Positions 1-10,667 of a DNA stretch of 64,000 bases are shown piece by piece. The position numbers were made by a program, and so were the translations under genes. How positions within the stretch are numbered: the stretch's first letter is position 1; each line of letters starts with the position of its first letter. The stretch covers positions 250,751-314,750 of the forward strand of contig OZ316898.1 in the NCBI GenBank assembly GCA_973895155.1, given 5' to 3'. Below the pieces are notes generated by a model, which saw only the letters and a program-made list of their open reading frames with translations, searched no databases and was not told where the DNA came from. This DNA is from Marsupella aquatica. Its lineage: Eukaryota > Plantae > Marchantiophyta.

Positions 1-453
1 GAGTTTGACTGAATTGCGTATCGCTGATGTCAAACCATGTTGACGGCATTTTAAATCATATCATTCATTTGCAATCAGAAAGCTTCTGCTTCATCAGATT
101 GAGAATTCCATTATCATTAACCTTTGTGTTTTGAAGAGTGAGATGGATGAATTATGAGATAGATTTCATGTCTATACTGAGCCCAAATCCTTTCTGAAGG
201 AGTGGCAATAGCAGTTTGTAGTCTCTAAATCCTTACTCATTTCTTCTCTAATTCATAAATCAGAAGTTCAGTTACTTTGTTGTTTGTTTATTCGATTTTT
301 TTATTGAGAAGTGAAGTCAACATAGAGCTCAAGACTCTAAATCACTCGGAGTGATAAAAGTTATACAATTCATTCTGAAATCTGTTCTTAAAGGGATCGA
401 AACCCTGGTTTTAGGTGAGGAGAGTCACTTTTGATACTTAGCACTATACGACA
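1..453 (+). repeat. 3' portion of element A 5' LTR
   Basis: Near-identical to 12159-12611; ends ...ATACGACA just before the PBS. Confidence 0.95.
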
Positions 454-459
454 TCTTTT

Positions 460-477
460 TGGCGCCGCTGCCGGGGA
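460..477 (+). promoter_or_regulatory. Primer-binding site, tRNA-Asp type
   Basis: TGGCGCCGCTGCCGGGGA, 6 nt after the LTR end; one difference from the Athila-type TGGCGCCGTTGCCGGGGA. Confidence 0.9.
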
Positions 478-1671
478 ACGAATTTAAGATTGAATTGACG
501 TACAGGCAGTGTATGCCAGAAGGAGCTAGACGGGAGAGGAATTCACGTTCTACTATAATTGTGAAGATGCGTCATCACTCCAGTTAAAAAGATGAAGAGC
601 TTCCATTTCGAGGTGATGCCGTACTCTATCCAAAGCGCCCCGGAAGCTCTCTTAAGAGTATTGGAAAAATTTGTGGTGCCAAACTTAAGAGAAGAAACCG
701 CCCTCCCACCAGAAAAGGCCTCACAGAGAGGAGCTGTTGCTCGTCAAGTTGCTTTGGAGATAGTCGAAGACACCAAAGACACTTTGAGTGACAAGTGAAG
801 TTATTCTAACGTTGCTCGGGACGTATGATTTGTAAAATTGTCCAACCATCCTGGTTCGTGTGACCGATGCCACCTATCCGATCTTTGGGAACATTAAGAA
901 TTAGGAATTTGAGGAATCGTTATGTTAATTCTTGGGTTCTGAGCCTGAGAGGGAGGAATGGCATACATTGGTTAACTATCACCTGGTGGGAAGATGAAAG
1001 TTTGCATTTAGTAATATTAAGGCTGAATGGTAGGATCACACAGGAGTGATATTTAGTCATTTCCATTCGGGAGTTAGCGGAAAGAATCATGCACCAGGAA
1101 TTGCGTAGAAGATTAGGAAGGAGTTAGACGTCTGATTAGTAGGATGGCCTAGTGTAGCGTACCATGTGGTAAAGAAATTTCAGGGTGAAGGAAGTCGGAG
1201 ATTATGGGGAACGCCCGGTTCCAGTAATCGCCACCGTAAAGGAGATAAGGAAGGACGCCGCGAAGAGCGTCCAATGCGATTCGTCCCAGAAGATTCCGCA
1301 AGTCAGGACGCTTCGAGTAGCGTCCGATCCCAGTGGACGCTGTGAGCAGCGTCCGGTGGAATCTGTGACGAACCAACGTGCGCGACGCTTCTGGTGTGCC
1401 TTTCCGCGTCTCAACCTGAAGGACGCACCAGAGAAAACGAGGTTTTAGAATCTCGGCTGGTCACTGAAGGGAAGTATTAGCTACGGGATAGCAAGGGGGA
1501 GGAATCATGCAAGGGATGTTGAACGACGCTACGGGAAGTCACTTTGAGGAAGCAGGTTCATATCTCCCGGAGTGGGGTGATAACGTCGCACCTAAATGGT
1601 GACTCCTTGCATAAAGACTCCTGAGGAGCGGGTCTGGTGTCTCAAAATCACCCGTGCTTGGAGAATGAGGA

Positions 1672-4600
1672 ATGTCTGAGGGAGATCCACCGAATAAAAG
1701 AAAACCTACCAAGACCTCCAGTAATTCGGATGCTGCAAAATTAGTAGTGACCCCTCGCACATTGTTACCCGAATTCCAGTCACCAGGAGCACCTGCACCG
1801 GGTAGTGTGTGGAAACAAGTGGGATCTATTCAAGAGGCAAGTGGCTCTTTGGAAAGGCCCACGTCGACCCGACCCCTGTTTGTAAATCTTCGTTCAGGTC
1901 CAAAACTTATTGGTTCTCAAAAGACCAAGCTCCGCCAGCAGATAGTACGTTCGGTGAACCAAATTGACTCTGGTGTGGATAGTACCACTGAGAGGGCCTT
2001 ATCTCATACCGAAGGAAGAAATTTGGGTTTGCCCGAGAATACAGTTGCAGAATCGCTGGCCCAAGATAATTCTGTCGATCTTTCACAATTGGATAATCCA
2101 GAACCACTGAGTGAAGCCGGTGGTTCGTCTTCTAGTGAGACAAGCAGCAGTTCAGGCTTGGGCAGCCCAAACCCATTTGCTACCCGATCAGCTCTTCCTT
2201 TCGTTACCCTCCTAGCTCCAACCACGATGGCTCGAAATAATGTGAGGTACGACCGGTTCTTCGGTACTTCCAAGGAGGATGCAGAGGTGTATTTGAAAGA
2301 ATTTGAAGCTGCAGCTGCATCCAATGGACAGAGTCAAGACGCTGAAAAAGCCAATCTGTTTGGTGGTCTAATGAAAAAGGGTGCTCAGAAATGGTATGAC
2401 CGTTTTCCGGACAAGCAGGATTGGGGGAAATTGAAGGCTGCTTTCTTGGCCAAATATAAAGAAGAAGGAGCAGCTGCGCGTGCCTTTGCCCGAATCTCAC
2501 ATCTGCACATGAAGAAACATGGGTCTGTGAGGAAATATGCCGACAAATTATTGGATTTGGTAGATCAATATAATCCAGCTACCTCGAAATCTACTATCAA
2601 GGACTGGTTTATTAACGGTTTACCCTCCAGGATTGCTCGTTACGTGAGACGAGAAGGTGGCACCACTTTGGAAGAAGTACAAGAGGCAGCCCAGAAGTAC
2701 GTAGACTCGGAGATTTCAGAGAGAAAACGAGTTAAGAAGGACCTGAAGAAAGACAAAAGAAAGAAGAAGAAAACGTCCAGGTCTAAATCTGACTCGGAGA
2801 CGGAATCAAGTGAAAGTAGCACTAGTGAGGAGGACGAGAGTACAAATTCGAGCACTAGTGATAGTTCAAGCTCAAGTTCCGACTCAGAATCCGTTGCTCC
2901 TAAAAAGAAGAAATCCTCTGTAAAAGGGAATAATAAAGTTCCCAACCAGAAGAAGATGGATCGCATGATGGAAGAACTCTCTGGCCAATTGTCCAAGTTG
3001 AATGTCAATATCGCCGCGGTAAAACCAGTACGAAGGTTGCCTGCTCCCATGAGAATGAACGTATGGTGCACCCGATGCAGTCAGCAGGGCCATTACCCGA
3101 ACGAGTGCCCCACATTACGAACCCCGGTGAATTATGTAGATGGTCAAGAAGAGGCTGAGGAGTATGAGTACGATCCCACGTATACCGTCCAAACAGCACC
3201 CCCTGGACAGTATTTCCCACCACCTCCTGCTTCCAGACCGACTTGGGGACCACCTAAGCCCACTTTCAATAAACCAACGTCAAGACCACCCATGGGACCC
3301 CCGGGAGGATACCCACCACGAGGAATGCCGCGTCAAAAAGGGGCTTGTTGGAATTGTGGCCAACCTGATCATTATTCACCCCAGTGCCCTTATCCCAAAC
3401 AGGAGGTGGGGTATACACCTGTCTGTGGGAACTGTGGAAAAGAAGGACACTTACCGGTGGAATGCCCGAATCCGGCTAAGCCTAGGCTGATGGTTCGATT
3501 TGCTCAAGAGCCAGTTAAAGAAGCAAGTCGACCTGAAGCCAAGATTCGGATGATTTATTCTGAAGAGATGGAGCAATGCAGCTTCATTCAACATATGGAT
3601 GTAAATCGGGTGGAATTAAAGCCAGATTCACTTTTTCATCAACCAGTATCCGGGGTGGTGCCTGATGTCTTGGTAAGTCATTTAGTGAAACCTGAAGTAG
3701 TTGGTATGCCGAATGATCGAGTTCAGAATCGGGATAAAGTTCTGACTAATATTTACGCAACTACTCGTTCGAAGAAAAAGGAGACCAAGAAGCACGAGCA
3801 TCAGAAGGTCGCGAAAGCTCCCAAGGATGAAGGGCGCAAGCCATGTAAGGAAGGCCTCGACAAAGAAGACGACCCTGCTTATGACCGATATGACCCAAAA
3901 TACTTCTTGCCCGACATCTCTTTGGAAGTGAAAGACCATCTGGAAGAGCTAGTTAAGGAGCAAGTGCAATCTCCTAACCCACCAGTAGTAGTCAAAGCTA
4001 AAGAGCCACTGAAAAATCCAGGTTATGATATTGTTGAAGATGTCAAGAATCATCCTGCACATATCACCATTGGGGAATTATTACAGGACAATCCGGTTTA
4101 TAGGCGACAGCTGAGGAGCCTCCTTGCAGGAAAACGGAGGAAGAAGAAGTTACCTTCTGTGGATGTGCTACGAACAGAGTGGGAGGACAAAGGACCGATG
4201 GAAATTGAGGTTCAAATCCAGGGGTGTGTCATTCGGAGAGTTCCTGTGGATGGAGGAGCCAGCGTTAATCTGATTACACAGTCAGCAGCATTTAATTTGG
4301 GTTTCACTAAGTTTGAGCCCACTCCCAAGATTTTGCGCATGGCGGATCAGTCTCGTGTGGTACCCATAGGGAAGCTGACCAGAGTAGAAACTTTGATTGC
4401 TGGTGTCCCTTTTCTGTTGGATTATGTGGTTATTAATCCGGAAATACCATCCAGCTTTCCTGTTTTGTTAGGCCGACCATGGTTGTATAAGGCTCAAGTT
4501 CAGGTTAATTGGCAATCTCAAGAGCTTTCATTTGGGAAGCCTAAGGTGACTGTTAGTTGGGTTCCGGAACCACATTTTGGAGAAACACAAACAGATGATG

Positions 4601-4725
4601 GGTACACCTCGGATTTTTCGACCTCTTCGCTAGTCCTGCAGCCATTGGAATTTGAACTGGAGGAAGTTCGTTACTTGGAAGTTTATCTGTCTGATGCTCC
4701 CATAAAACCAACTAGGCCCTCCTGA
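1672..4725 (+). CDS. gag: Gag-protease polyprotein of element A (capsid-like region, three CCHC knuckles, aspartic protease)
   Basis: 1017-aa ORF; CTRCSQQGHYPNEC, CWNCGQPDHYSPQC, CGNCGKEGHLPVEC; protease VDGGASVN and LLGRPWL. Confidence 0.95.
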   Translation: MSEGDPPNKRKPTKTSSNSDAAKLVVTPRTLLPEFQSPGAPAPGSVWKQVGSIQEASGSLERPTSTRPLFVNLRSGPKLIGSQKTKLRQQIVRSVNQIDSGVDSTTERALSHTEGRNLGLPENTVAESLAQDNSVDLSQLDNPEPLSEAGGSSSSETSSSSGLGSPNPFATRSALPFVTLLAPTTMARNNVRYDRFFGTSKEDAEVYLKEFEAAAASNGQSQDAEKANLFGGLMKKGAQKWYDRFPDKQDWGKLKAAFLAKYKEEGAAARAFARISHLHMKKHGSVRKYADKLLDLVDQYNPATSKSTIKDWFINGLPSRIARYVRREGGTTLEEVQEAAQKYVDSEISERKRVKKDLKKDKRKKKKTSRSKSDSETESSESSTSEEDESTNSSTSDSSSSSSDSESVAPKKKKSSVKGNNKVPNQKKMDRMMEELSGQLSKLNVNIAAVKPVRRLPAPMRMNVWCTRCSQQGHYPNECPTLRTPVNYVDGQEEAEEYEYDPTYTVQTAPPGQYFPPPPASRPTWGPPKPTFNKPTSRPPMGPPGGYPPRGMPRQKGACWNCGQPDHYSPQCPYPKQEVGYTPVCGNCGKEGHLPVECPNPAKPRLMVRFAQEPVKEASRPEAKIRMIYSEEMEQCSFIQHMDVNRVELKPDSLFHQPVSGVVPDVLVSHLVKPEVVGMPNDRVQNRDKVLTNIYATTRSKKKETKKHEHQKVAKAPKDEGRKPCKEGLDKEDDPAYDRYDPKYFLPDISLEVKDHLEELVKEQVQSPNPPVVVKAKEPLKNPGYDIVEDVKNHPAHITIGELLQDNPVYRRQLRSLLAGKRRKKKLPSVDVLRTEWEDKGPMEIEVQIQGCVIRRVPVDGGASVNLITQSAAFNLGFTKFEPTPKILRMADQSRVVPIGKLTRVETLIAGVPFLLDYVVINPEIPSSFPVLLGRPWLYKAQVQVNWQSQELSFGKPKVTVSWVPEPHFGETQTDDGYTSDFSTSSLVLQPLEFELEEVRYLEVYLSDAPIKPTRPS

Positions 4726-7698
4726 CAATTAACTTCATCATCGGAAGTGGGCCCAGCAGCAGACGAACCTCCTAATACTGAGGCTAATAGGGATTTACAC
4801 CATGATATGGGAGTGTCAGCTACCCTTGAGCCATTTGCACCAGAAGTATCCAAACTTGGACTTCAGCCGGCAAACCTCACGGATGGAATTGTGGATCCAA
4901 AAGCTTGTCAGAAAATCGAAATTGAGCCAGGCAAGTTTTTGAATATTGGTAAGCATATCGAAGGAGAGCTACGGGAACAGTATATCAGTTTATTAACCCA
5001 GTATAAAGATGTCTTTGCCTGGAGTCATTCTGATTTAAAAGGTATCCATCCACATTTGGGTGAACATCGTATTGACCTTATGGAAGGAGCAGTACCTGTC
5101 CGACAGAGACAGTACCGTTTGAATCCCAAATATTCCATCCTGGTTAAAGATGAGTTGGACAAGCTCACGACTGCTGGATTTATCTACCCGGTCTTGAGTA
5201 GTGAATGGGTCTCACCAATTGTCATTGTCCCCAAAAAGCCGGGACCCGATGGTAAAACGAAAATTCGCGTTTGTCAAGACTTCCGGAAGTTGAATGCTGC
5301 CACTCGGAAAGATCATTATCCTTTGCCATTTATTGATCTGGTACTTGATTCAGTGGCCTTGCATGAGTTATACAGTTTTTTAGATGGGTACTCTGGTTAT
5401 AACCAGGTGTCCATTCGGAAGGAGGATCGCGACAAGACTACGTTCACCACCGACTGGGGTACATATGCATTTACCATGATGCCTTTTGGGCTGTGTAATG
5501 CCCCGGGTACTTTTCAGCGCATTATGATGATTATTTTTCAAGAATATTTGCGGCATTTCATGGAGATTTTTATTGACGACTTTTGTGTTTACGGCTCAGC
5601 GGCTGAACACCTCGTCCATTTGGAGAAGACATTTCAGAAGTGTAGAGAGGCTCAGTTGTGTCTTCATCCAGAAAAGTGCTTTATTGGTATGAAGGAGGGA
5701 ATTTTGTTAGGCCATGTTATTTCACAACGCGGCATTGAGGTTGATACAGAGAAGGTTAGAGTAATTATGGAGTTGCAACCACCGACCGATTTAAAGCAGC
5801 TTCATGCTTTTCTGGGACATGTGGGGTATTATCGTCGGTTCATTTATAAACATGCTAATATTGCCTTACCCTTAACCCAACTGTTAAAAAGTGATGTGGA
5901 ATATACATGGAATGAGGAGCGGCAGCAAGCATTCCAGTTGCTCAAGGATCGGTTAATCTCTGCACCTATTTTGTCACCCCCAGATTGGACTAAGAAGTTT
6001 CATGTCTTCATTGACTCTTCTGCGTTCTGCATTGGAGCTAATCTCAGTCAGAAGGATGTGGAAAACCGTGACCATCCAATTTACTATGCCAGCCGCCAAA
6101 TGAGTGCAGCCGAGAAAAACTACTCCGTCACTGAACGGGAAGCTTTGGCCATCGTCTTTGCGTGTAAGAAATTTCGTCACTATTTGTTGGGGTATCAGGT
6201 TACTTTTCACACTGATCATAATTCCTTAAAATATTTGGTTAACCAAGTGGATCTCTCAGGACGAGTAGCCCGCTGGGTTTTACTACTCCAAGAATTTGAT
6301 TATGAAGTTCATGTCCGACCTGGCAAACATCATGAGAATGCAGACTTCCTATCTCGGTTACCTGGTCCGGAGAATCAGCATAATCTCTCCGATGAATTTC
6401 CTGACGAGCATTTGTGGCACATTGAAGGGGAGTCTTCTCGATATTTTAATATTGTGCACATGCTGCTTCATGGAACGTTCCCTGAAGGCTTTAATGCGGA
6501 AGAACGAGCTGTCTTTGCTCATAAGGTGGGTCCCTATACCATTATTCGGGGCACTTTGTTTAAACAAGGTCCTGATCAACAATTGCGACGTTGTCTAGAG
6601 GATAGGGAACTTCCCCAAGTAATTGAAGCTTTACATTCAGGAGAAACCGGTGGGCATTATGCTGTGAATACCACAGTTAAGAAAATTTTGGATGCTGGAT
6701 ACTGGTGGCCTACTATGCATCGAGATACTTACAATTTTATTAAGACCTGTGATCCCTGTCAAAGGATCGGGAAGCCCACTGCTAGTTCCAAATGGCCTCT
6801 TACGCCTATCCTTCCGTTGGCACCATTTGAGAAATGGGGGATTGATTTTATTGGCCCAATTTCTCCAGCAGCTCGGAAAAGCCGAAGCAAATATATTATT
6901 CTGGCCACTGATTATGCCACCAAATGGGTAGAGGCGAAAGCTACTCGCAAGAATGATGCTATAACCGCAGCTGCATTTCTCTTTGAGCACATTATCACCC
7001 GGTTTGGTTGTCCTTTGGAGTTGGTAAGCGATAGGGGTTTGCATTTTCTTAACTCAACTATTGAGTTAATCACTGACCTTTATCTTATCAAGCATCGCAA
7101 AACTACTCCTTACAACCCCCGAGCTAATGGCTTAACCGAGAGAGCTAATGGCATTATGGGCAAGATTCTGAATAAAATGGTAGAATCTCACAAGACAGAT
7201 TGGGATGTGAAGCTCCATTCTGCATTATGGGCTTACCGCACCGCTGAGAAGATTACAACTCTTCACACCCCCTTCTATCTGACCTATGGCCTGAATAGTA
7301 TTATTCCAATAGAATTTTCGTTACCAACGGAACGTATCTTGGTACCACACCGACTCTCTCCTTCAGATAGTCTCTCACATCGGTTTTCCAATATTGTTAA
7401 ATTAGAAGAAGTTAGACTTTTAGCATTAGACCATACAGTCACCATTCAGAACCAGCGTAAACTTGCTTATGATAAGAAGCTGCGCGTAGTGCAGTTAGAT
7501 GTTGGTGATTTAGCATTAGTCTTTGATTCTCGTTATATGCTATTTCCTGGGAAACTTCATACTCATTGGATTGGTCCTTACCGAGTTACACACATCTGGG
7601 ATAATGGTTCAGTTTCATTGACTACCTTAGATGGTCACCCACTTAACACTAGAATCAATGGGTTTAGGATTAAATGGTACTATGAGTCTTCCATTTAG
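4726..7698 (+). CDS. pol: Pol (RT, RNase H, integrase) of element A, in frame with gag after a single TGA
   Basis: LDGYSGYNQ, MPFGLCNAP, FIDDF (RT); DSSAF, NYSVTERE (RH); HHCC zinc finger, WGIDFIGP, SDRG, NGLTER, WIGPY (INT). Confidence 0.97.
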   Translation, partial: QLTSSSEVGPAADEPPNTEANRDLHHDMGVSATLEPFAPEVSKLGLQPANLTDGIVDPKACQKIEIEPGKFLNIGKHIEGELREQYISLLTQYKDVFAWSHSDLKGIHPHLGEHRIDLMEGAVPVRQRQYRLNPKYSILVKDELDKLTTAGFIYPVLSSEWVSPIVIVPKKPGPDGKTKIRVCQDFRKLNAATRKDHYPLPFIDLVLDSVALHELYSFLDGYSGYNQVSIRKEDRDKTTFTTDWGTYAFTMMPFGLCNAPGTFQRIMMIIFQEYLRHFMEIFIDDFCVYGSAAEHLVHLEKTFQKCREAQLCLHPEKCFIGMKEGILLGHVISQRGIEVDTEKVRVIMELQPPTDLKQLHAFLGHVGYYRRFIYKHANIALPLTQLLKSDVEYTWNEERQQAFQLLKDRLISAPILSPPDWTKKFHVFIDSSAFCIGANLSQKDVENRDHPIYYASRQMSAAEKNYSVTEREALAIVFACKKFRHYLLGYQVTFHTDHNSLKYLVNQVDLSGRVARWVLLLQEFDYEVHVRPGKHHENADFLSRLPGPENQHNLSDEFPDEHLWHIEGESSRYFNIVHMLLHGTFPEGFNAEERAVFAHKVGPYTIIRGTLFKQGPDQQLRRCLEDRELPQVIEALHSGETGGHYAVNTTVKKILDAGYWWPTMHRDTYNFIKTCDPCQRIGKPTASSKWPLTPILPLAPFEKWGIDFIGPISPAARKSRSKYIILATDYATKWVEAKATRKNDAITAAAFLFEHIITRFGCPLELVSDRGLHFLNSTIELITDLYLIKHRKTTPYNPRANGLTERANGIMGKILNKMVESHKTDWDVKLHSALWAYRTAEKITTLHTPFYLTYGLNSIIPIEFSLPTERILVPHRLSPSDSLSHRFSNIVKLEEVRLLALDHTVTIQNQRKLAYDKKLRVVQLDVGDLALVFDSRYMLFPGKLHTHWIGPYRVTHIWDNGSVSLTTLDGHPLNTRINGFRIKWYYESSI

Positions 7699-7720
7699 AA
7701 TTCCACCTGGGACAGGTTGC

Positions 7721-7736
7721 AATTTAAGTGGAGGGC
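7721..7736 (+). promoter_or_regulatory. Internal (second) polypurine tract after pol
   Basis: AATTTAAGTGGAGGGC is identical to 11204-11219; a second PPT after pol is a known Athila feature. Confidence 0.8.
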
Positions 7737-8081
7737 GGTAGTTATACTTAGTTAGAATTAGTGACCCTCCCTAGTAAGTATTCGGCATATTTTTTTAATT
7801 TTTTTTAGTTACTTTCAGTTTTTACATTGGACGCTGTGAAAAGCGTCCATTGTAACTCGACGCTGGGGAAGCATCCACTTAGTTTACAAAGGACGTTGTG
7901 CAGAGGTCCGCTTTTGTATTAGTTCAGTTGCATGAGACGCTGTGAGCCGATGACTAGGCATCTTGTACAATGGCGGATTGCGACAGCTCAACGGGACGCT
8001 AAGGAGTAAGCAGTCGCGCTTCGCCCTAGTTCACTATGGAACACGATTCTCACTGAGCTTACGGAGCTAACAAGTCACGCG

Positions 8082-10655
8082 ATGGCGGAGACTGAGCTGA
8101 CGACGCGACCAATACTCGCAGACATTCCATCGAATGCAGTGCATAGGCGGCAGTTGAAGACGGCTCTGGCAAAAATGGGCTTGAAGAAGCTGCTTCAACT
8201 TCCTTGGAAGATTTGCGAATTCAGCCTTATCGATCAAGGTGTCTGGGACGCTGAAGAAAGGATTGGTGTGCGCTCGCGTCCCAGTGTTTGGACTGAAGCG
8301 CTCATAGCGAAGGTCTATTCGACGCCGATGGAGGGCGAGGATTTACAGAGGGTTGATTGTGAGCCTCGGGTTTATGTAGAATCCTTCTTCGCTCCAGGAT
8401 CTTTCAAGAGGCGGAATGGATGGCTAGCGGCGGACTGCTTAGATAATTCTCTGCAGCGTCTATTTCGATTTCTGGCACCAATTTTCTACCCAGAAAGCCA
8501 GACGCGCATCACTCTTTCGTTCGCTGCAACGGTGATCTGTTCATTAGAACAGACGCAGTCTATCAATTGGACGAAGGTTTTGCACCGAGTAATTCATACT
8601 CAGGTCAAAAATTTTCGTAGCAGGCTGAAAACGGGGAAAATAAGGTGTACCTACTTGGCCCCTTATTTAGCTCACATTTACCATAAGTATGACTGTCTGC
8701 TTGTCTTGGAAAAAGATTTTTATCGCAACAATCAGAGAGCATCTACCGGTGAAGCAAATTATATGCCTGAAGTACGAGAAGTCCGAGCCAATTCCACAGT
8801 GGTAGAGCTATGTGCAATACTCGACTGTGAGGAACCTGAACTGGTGGGTGAAGTTCGGAAATTGAAAGAGACAAGAGCATCAGCTGAAGGGAGTGACGAT
8901 CCGATTCTTCACCAACCAAGAGAGGCTCAAGTTGCCGAAGATGTTCCTTCAGCAATGCCAACAGGGTTGGAGCATTCTATGTCACCTCGACTCTCGTGTT
9001 CACCTTGTGTTGCCGAGCCTATTTATGATGTTGATCAGGATAATTCTGCTTCTCGGATGAATGTTGAAGATGAGGTGAGGGTGGATGAAGAAGGTTTTTC
9101 AGGGGAACCTCTTCAACATTCTACTGCTGAGGACGAGTATGATGGATTTACTTCTACCCCTGTTTTGGTTCCCATAGAGGCAAATAGTGATGCTTTGCAG
9201 GCTTTACAGGAGTATGATTCGTCCGACTCTCTTAGTTCTAGCCCAAATATAGGTGAAATCCCTCTGGTCCAGGAGTCAGAAATATTAAGCTCAGAAATTG
9301 TGAAGCTGGTTAAAGTTGATTCAGAGGATGCAATTGTGGATATAGACGAAGTAGGTGAACCAGTGACTTCTCCCCAATCTGTCGCAAGATACCCTGCCTG
9401 GTCTACACCTGGTTCACTCATATCGATTCCTTTGGATATAACTAAGGAATTAGATGAGGCAATAGCCGCGATAGGAGCTCCTTCATTTCCGCCTGTAAAA
9501 TGGGTTTCTCCTGAAGATGAGTTGATTGAAGGAGGCTCTGCTGGTTTTCCGAGTCGCAATCAGGTATCTGGTAATATGGGTATATCTGTACCCATATTGG
9601 TACCCGAGACACCCGCTTCGACAACCAGCTCAGCACCAGTTTCATTGGCTACAAACGAGGATAAAAACATTCGGGAGGAGTTTTCAGTGACGTATACTCG
9701 AAAATCTTGGAAACGGTTGCGCCATGCTATCAGTCGACAGATCTTTCCTGAAGCATCTTCCCAGGATTTTGAACAGGGAGAAGCACCTATCGGAACAGAC
9801 GAGCTACCCCTTCCTGTACTTTTGACAGATCGAACTAACCAGGAAGTCTCTTTACCTAGCGATAATTTTAAAGAAGAACTTCCTGTTTTAGTACCAATGC
9901 ATCCCATTGCAGATCAACCAGCTACTGTTGCAAGAGAAGAATTTGAACCACTGGAGCCCGAACCTTCTGCTCCTTCGTCTCCTGTTACATTGCCAATTCG
10001 ACCAGTTAAGGAGTCAGTGATTCCTTCCGCTATGCCAGATGTAATTTTCCGTTGGATAGGAGCACCAAGTGATGGAGAAGAAGACGAAGACCCTCGCATT
10101 ATCAGAGTACCTCCTCGACTTCGGCATACAGTGGATTTGCCACCCCGAAATCCTATCCCTAATTTGGCTTCAATTCACAGGTGGGAGAAGAAACATTTTC
10201 GAGTAGCTTTTCGACATCTGGAGATGGAGAGCATTTTGCAGCAGCAGCAGATTTTGCCAATGACATCCCATCCGAGGATTCGTAGTTTGATTCGCACATA
10301 TGAACCTGGGAAGGCGGTTCCTCCCATTGATAAGGACAGACGACATAAGTTTTCGGAGTTCGAAATTTGGTGTTGGGTGTATATGCTTCGACGAGCTCAA
10401 GCTCCATTTCCGCCCCTTGTGCCGGAAATTCCATGGCCCTATCCATACTTTGTTTGGGTTTGTCCTGGTGGGTTTGCTATTCCAATTAAATATGAGAAGA
10501 AGCTTGTTAAGCTAAGGGAGCAGTTGATTACAAAACAATGTATGCTACCGGCTTCCCAAGGGTTCAAGTCGCTTAGGTGTTTAGCGTTCCTACCTATTAT
10601 TCCTTCTTATCCGGATGTGATTATTCAAGGTGTTTTATCTAGGACACAGATTTGA
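8082..10655 (+). CDS. Accessory ORF3 in the 'env-like' position: N-terminal plant-transposon accessory domain followed by acidic/Pro-rich low-complexity sequence
   Basis: 857-aa intact ORF; N-terminus (GLxxLxxLPW...WTEALIAKVY...NGW...C) aligns by eye with the LTR-borne ORFs of B/C/D/E. Confidence 0.85.
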   Translation: MAETELTTRPILADIPSNAVHRRQLKTALAKMGLKKLLQLPWKICEFSLIDQGVWDAEERIGVRSRPSVWTEALIAKVYSTPMEGEDLQRVDCEPRVYVESFFAPGSFKRRNGWLAADCLDNSLQRLFRFLAPIFYPESQTRITLSFAATVICSLEQTQSINWTKVLHRVIHTQVKNFRSRLKTGKIRCTYLAPYLAHIYHKYDCLLVLEKDFYRNNQRASTGEANYMPEVREVRANSTVVELCAILDCEEPELVGEVRKLKETRASAEGSDDPILHQPREAQVAEDVPSAMPTGLEHSMSPRLSCSPCVAEPIYDVDQDNSASRMNVEDEVRVDEEGFSGEPLQHSTAEDEYDGFTSTPVLVPIEANSDALQALQEYDSSDSLSSSPNIGEIPLVQESEILSSEIVKLVKVDSEDAIVDIDEVGEPVTSPQSVARYPAWSTPGSLISIPLDITKELDEAIAAIGAPSFPPVKWVSPEDELIEGGSAGFPSRNQVSGNMGISVPILVPETPASTTSSAPVSLATNEDKNIREEFSVTYTRKSWKRLRHAISRQIFPEASSQDFEQGEAPIGTDELPLPVLLTDRTNQEVSLPSDNFKEELPVLVPMHPIADQPATVAREEFEPLEPEPSAPSSPVTLPIRPVKESVIPSAMPDVIFRWIGAPSDGEEDEDPRIIRVPPRLRHTVDLPPRNPIPNLASIHRWEKKHFRVAFRHLEMESILQQQQILPMTSHPRIRSLIRTYEPGKAVPPIDKDRRHKFSEFEIWCWVYMLRRAQAPFPPLVPEIPWPYPYFVWVCPGGFAIPIKYEKKLVKLREQLITKQCMLPASQGFKSLRCLAFLPIIPSYPDVIIQGVLSRTQI

Positions 10656-10667
10656 AGGACACCATTT

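Noticed and set aside
592-1448. Small ORFs in the element A leader as an Ogre-like ORF1
   Set aside because: Short, in different frames, with no recognisable motif; partly produced by the palindromic repeats
2640-3071. Antisense Leu/Ser/Phe-rich ORFs opposite gag (also 15791-16090 and 47132-47482)
   Set aside because: Shadow frames of Ser/Lys-rich low-complexity Gag segments
8082-10655. True envelope glycoprotein
   Set aside because: No clear signal peptide or transmembrane helix; only its position is env-like
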